A DNA stretch of 32,000 nt, from positions 420,001 to 452,000 of the forward strand of contig NZ_LNTB01000001.1 of the NCBI RefSeq assembly GCF_001462395.1, in the 5' to 3' direction. Source of the DNA: Pyrodictium occultum (GTDB lineage Archaea; Thermoproteota; Thermoprotei_A; Sulfolobales; Pyrodictiaceae). Below, in pieces: positions 30,170 to 32,000 of the stretch (its first letter is position 1; every line of letters starts with the position of its first letter). The translations under genes and the position numbers were made by a program. The notes below the pieces were generated by a model. It had not been told where the DNA came from, searched no databases, and saw nothing but the letters and a program-made list of their open reading frames with translations.

Positions 30170-30894
30170 CTAGCCGCCCCCAACCACCGGTTCTTCGACA
30201 CTCTCTCCGACACCCGCCTTCCCGCGCTTTAACCCGTGCTTGGAGCCTAGACGCTTCTCTACCACGTTCATCTGGTGCTCTCCCTGCAGCATCCTGCCTA
30301 CTAGGTATTGCGGAAGCTCGTGGCGTACGAAGGCGTCTATTATCTTTGATTCAGCTCTCCGGAGGAGCTCAGCCAGCGTTGACACCGAGAGCCCAAGGCT
30401 CTCCGCGAGCTGCTTGAGGCTTATCCTACGGGGAAGCTATAGTAGCCCATGAAGTAGGCGTATATTATCGCGAGCTCCTGCTTCTCCGTAAGCATATAGG
30501 CGTACTCGTCTATGCTATGACTGTGGATTATCTTGCAGCCCCATCTACGTAGCTCCTCGAGAGCGCTGCTGCGGGCTATTATGAACTCATACAGGATGCC
30601 TAGAGGCATGAGAACCACCGTCTTAGACATGGCCCCTATAGGGGCCGCTATTAGCGGGCACGCACTGCCCTCCGGCTCTGCCGCGCGTTTACTACAGTAG
30701 CTCCTCTTGGAGACGAGTATGCGGAGAATCCTGTTAAACTTAAACTTATTAGAATAGATCCGTAAATCCAGTGCCTCCGTCAGAGCCTTCATCGAGTTCA
30801 TGATGCCCGCCGAGCGAGGGGACGGAACTAATAGCCTTGAGCAATGGGCAGTCAATGTTACGTATACAATATATAACGAGCGGCTTGTTAGCAT
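30170..30894 (-). pseudogene. HTH_10 (Bat-type) family transcriptional regulator interrupted by a 1-nt frame disruption
   Basis: ORF 30421..30894 ends ...LTEKQELAIIYAYFMGYYSFPVG*. My translation of the -1 frame continues RRISLKQLAESLGLSVSTLAELLRRAESKIIDAFV, joining ORF 30170..30385. Together these give the complete HTH_10 motif (LT..Q...L..A...GY...PR...L.ELAE.LG.S..T..E.LRRAE.K). The break is at the C4 run (G4 on the + strand, 30430..30433). GC is lower than in the neighbouring genes. Confidence 0.7.
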
Positions 30895-30930
30895 GCATCC
30901 CTTAGCACCCCGGGAGCTCTAATACGGGCA

Positions 30931-31020
30931 TTAATTCTGGGGGCGGAATACGTAAATAAACAGAAATAAGCACAGAAATAAGCAGGGTATGAGGATGAGA
31001 GAGGATGAGAAGGGAAACAT
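30931..31020 (-). CDS. Speculative 29-aa hydrophobic micro-ORF (MFPFSSSLILIPCLFLCLFLFIYVFRPQN)
   Basis: My own translation runs from ATG 31020..31018 to TAA 30933..30931. A strong AT box (gtaattataaaatattac, 31062..31079) has its centre about 50 nt upstream, the same spacing as the other promoters here. Both tandem repeats lie inside it, and CLFL-CLFL comes from the 12-mer. It could equally be non-coding. Confidence 0.25.
   Translation of the reverse strand: MFPFSSSLILIPCLFLCLFLFIYVFRPQN
30961..31010. repeat. Two adjacent tandem duplications: CAGAAATAAGCA x2 (30961..30984) and GAGGATGAGA x2 (30991..31010)
   Basis: Read directly. All copies are perfect. They lie in the AT-rich 382-nt gap upstream of the regulator gene. 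Confidence 0.9.
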
Positions 31021-31276
31021 ACTACCAGCTCCACCCGCTTAGTCGCGTGTTATCGAGCATCGTAATTATAAAATATTACTGATGAGTGGCGTCGAGCTAT
31101 AGCGCTTGCCAGCGACACAGGCTACTAGGACCGTCTAGCTAGGGGTAGGCGAGAAAGCACAACGCCCAGTGCTACGCCCAGAGCGCCTGATACGATCCAT
31201 CCTGGTGCACTGGCGGGGGCGTGAGAGTGCGTTAGGACAGTTGCCCCGTGCGGGTTCTGGCTCCTCTCCGGGTTCT

Positions 31277-32000
31277 CTACTGGCACCGGGCTACCGGTGG
31301 TAACGTAGGTGGCATAGCCGGTGGACTTGTTGCGTGTAGTTTGCGTTCGTGGAGGGCTGCTTGCCGCGTCGCGGGGGTTGAGGCAGATGTGCTACTATTC
31401 TCGAAGACTTCTATATCTATGAATGGCCAGCTGTCCGCCCTGCTTGCAGCCGCTATGAGAGCCGGGCCTATGCTGGCTTTAAGCCTCTTCCTACACCCCG
31501 AGGGTGCTAGGGAGAGCATTGTTCTAATCAGGTCCAGCAGGCTTACGGGCTTACCGCCGCCCGCCAGCGAGCTGTTGAAGAGCTGGCGTAGGGCTCTCGT
31601 GTATAGGTCCGTGCCGCAGGCATGGACCCCAGCGTACCAGAGGGCGGCATTCATCCTCATCCAGGTGGCGTACGCGTCCCCGGCCTCTATGGAGCCACGC
31701 ACGTAGCTTACTGCCATGCTGTAAAGCCTGGGGTCCGCGTCGTGGAGGGCTTTCAGCGCCAGGAACTCGGTAGCCGCCTCCTCTAAGCTGAAGTCCCGCC
31801 GAGCAGCCCGCTGTTTAGCCACCCATGCACCGTCTCGTGGGCCGCTGTGTGCACGAGCCAGGGGAGATCCACCTGGAGTAAGCCCGTCTTAATGTAGACC
31901 ATTCCCCCAGTGCTATGGCCGCTCTTGGGGAGCTGCAGTGGCTGCCCCTCAGGGTCGACGAGCACCACTAGCACTGGGGAGCGGGGGCTAGGGCCCAGCC
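31277..32000 (-). pseudogene. HExxH zinc metallopeptidase-like gene (gluzincin-type spacing), frame-disrupted and truncated by the window edge
   Basis: The upstream frame is open to position 32000 and reads ...VYIKTGLLQVDLPWLVHTAAHETVHGW, with HETVH at 31825..31839. The -1 frame continues (V)AKQRAARRDFSLEEAATEFLALKAL, supplying a Glu 16-17 residues after the second His. The junction is at the G3 run (C3 on the + strand, 31822..31824). The C-terminal 45 residues of ORF 31277..31822 are Pro/Ser/Thr/Ala filler, so the true 3' end is uncertain. Confidence 0.5.

Noticed and set aside
30961-31010. Tandem repeats considered as a degenerate CRISPR or minisatellite.
   Set aside because: There are only two copies each of 12 and 10 nt, directly abutting with no spacers and no leader/repeat architecture. 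This is not a CRISPR array.
31078-31180. A possible C/D box sRNA, with CTGATGA at about 31079 and CTGA at about 31177.
   Set aside because: The boxes are about 97 nt apart, which is too long for archaeal C/D sRNAs. I saw no C'/D' pair and no terminal stem. The C box abuts the AT box rather than lying about 25 nt downstream of it.
31248-31706. Listed + strand ORF of 152 aa (GTG start) opposite the peptidase remnant.
   Set aside because: It has low-information Ala/Leu/Arg/Ser composition, no motif and no promoter-like box at suitable spacing. The minus strand carries the recognisable HExxH...EE continuation.

Overview
High-GC (about 60% by eye) archaeal chromosome segment. Gene content and order fit a hyperthermophilic crenarchaeon of the Desulfurococcales type (Aeropyrum/Pyrodictiaceae-like), but I cannot name the species from sequence alone. 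All protein calls come from reading the supplied translations, plus a few of my own, against family motifs I know. No database search or HMM scan was run.

The window has four blocks:
1. 1-12.3 kb: a conserved housekeeping block. It contains ftsY (partial), prefoldin alpha, ribosomal protein LX, aIF6, L31e, an unlisted L39e, a PDCD5-like protein, S19e, a YhbY-like protein, RNase P Rpp21, Nep1, tRNA-Glu(CUC), a ferritin-like protein, Bcp, FKBP, NIP7, an aTrm4-like m5C methyltransferase, NMNAT, RtcA and a NOG1-type GTPase.
2. 12.4-18.1 kb: an aryl-acid/aromatic amino acid module. paaK sits divergent from an unlisted 46-aa membrane peptide, a sodium:solute symporter and iorAB.
3. 18.1-30.1 kb: the most interesting part, a single-strand c-type cytochrome island. 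A variant System I maturation set (ccmB, thioredoxin, cytochrome c-CcdA fusion, an oversized ccmF, an extended ccmC, CxxxY-type ccmE, ccmA) is wrapped around a respiratory module. That module is a tetrahaem cytochrome c, a Tat-exported 4x[Fe-S] protein, a 10-helix-type NrfD membrane subunit and a C-terminally anchored monohaem cytochrome c. No catalytic subunit is present, so it resembles ActABC, DsrJOP and QrcCD.
4. 30.1-32 kb: a lower-GC stretch with a frame-disrupted HTH_10 regulator, tandem repeats coinciding with a possible 29-aa hydrophobic micro-ORF, and a frame-disrupted HExxH metallopeptidase that runs off the window.

Three frame disruptions (trx/ccdA, the regulator, the peptidase) are each repaired by adding one base to a short G/C homopolymer. 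Assembly error must therefore be excluded before any biological reading. No rRNA, CRISPR array or recognisable mobile element was seen.
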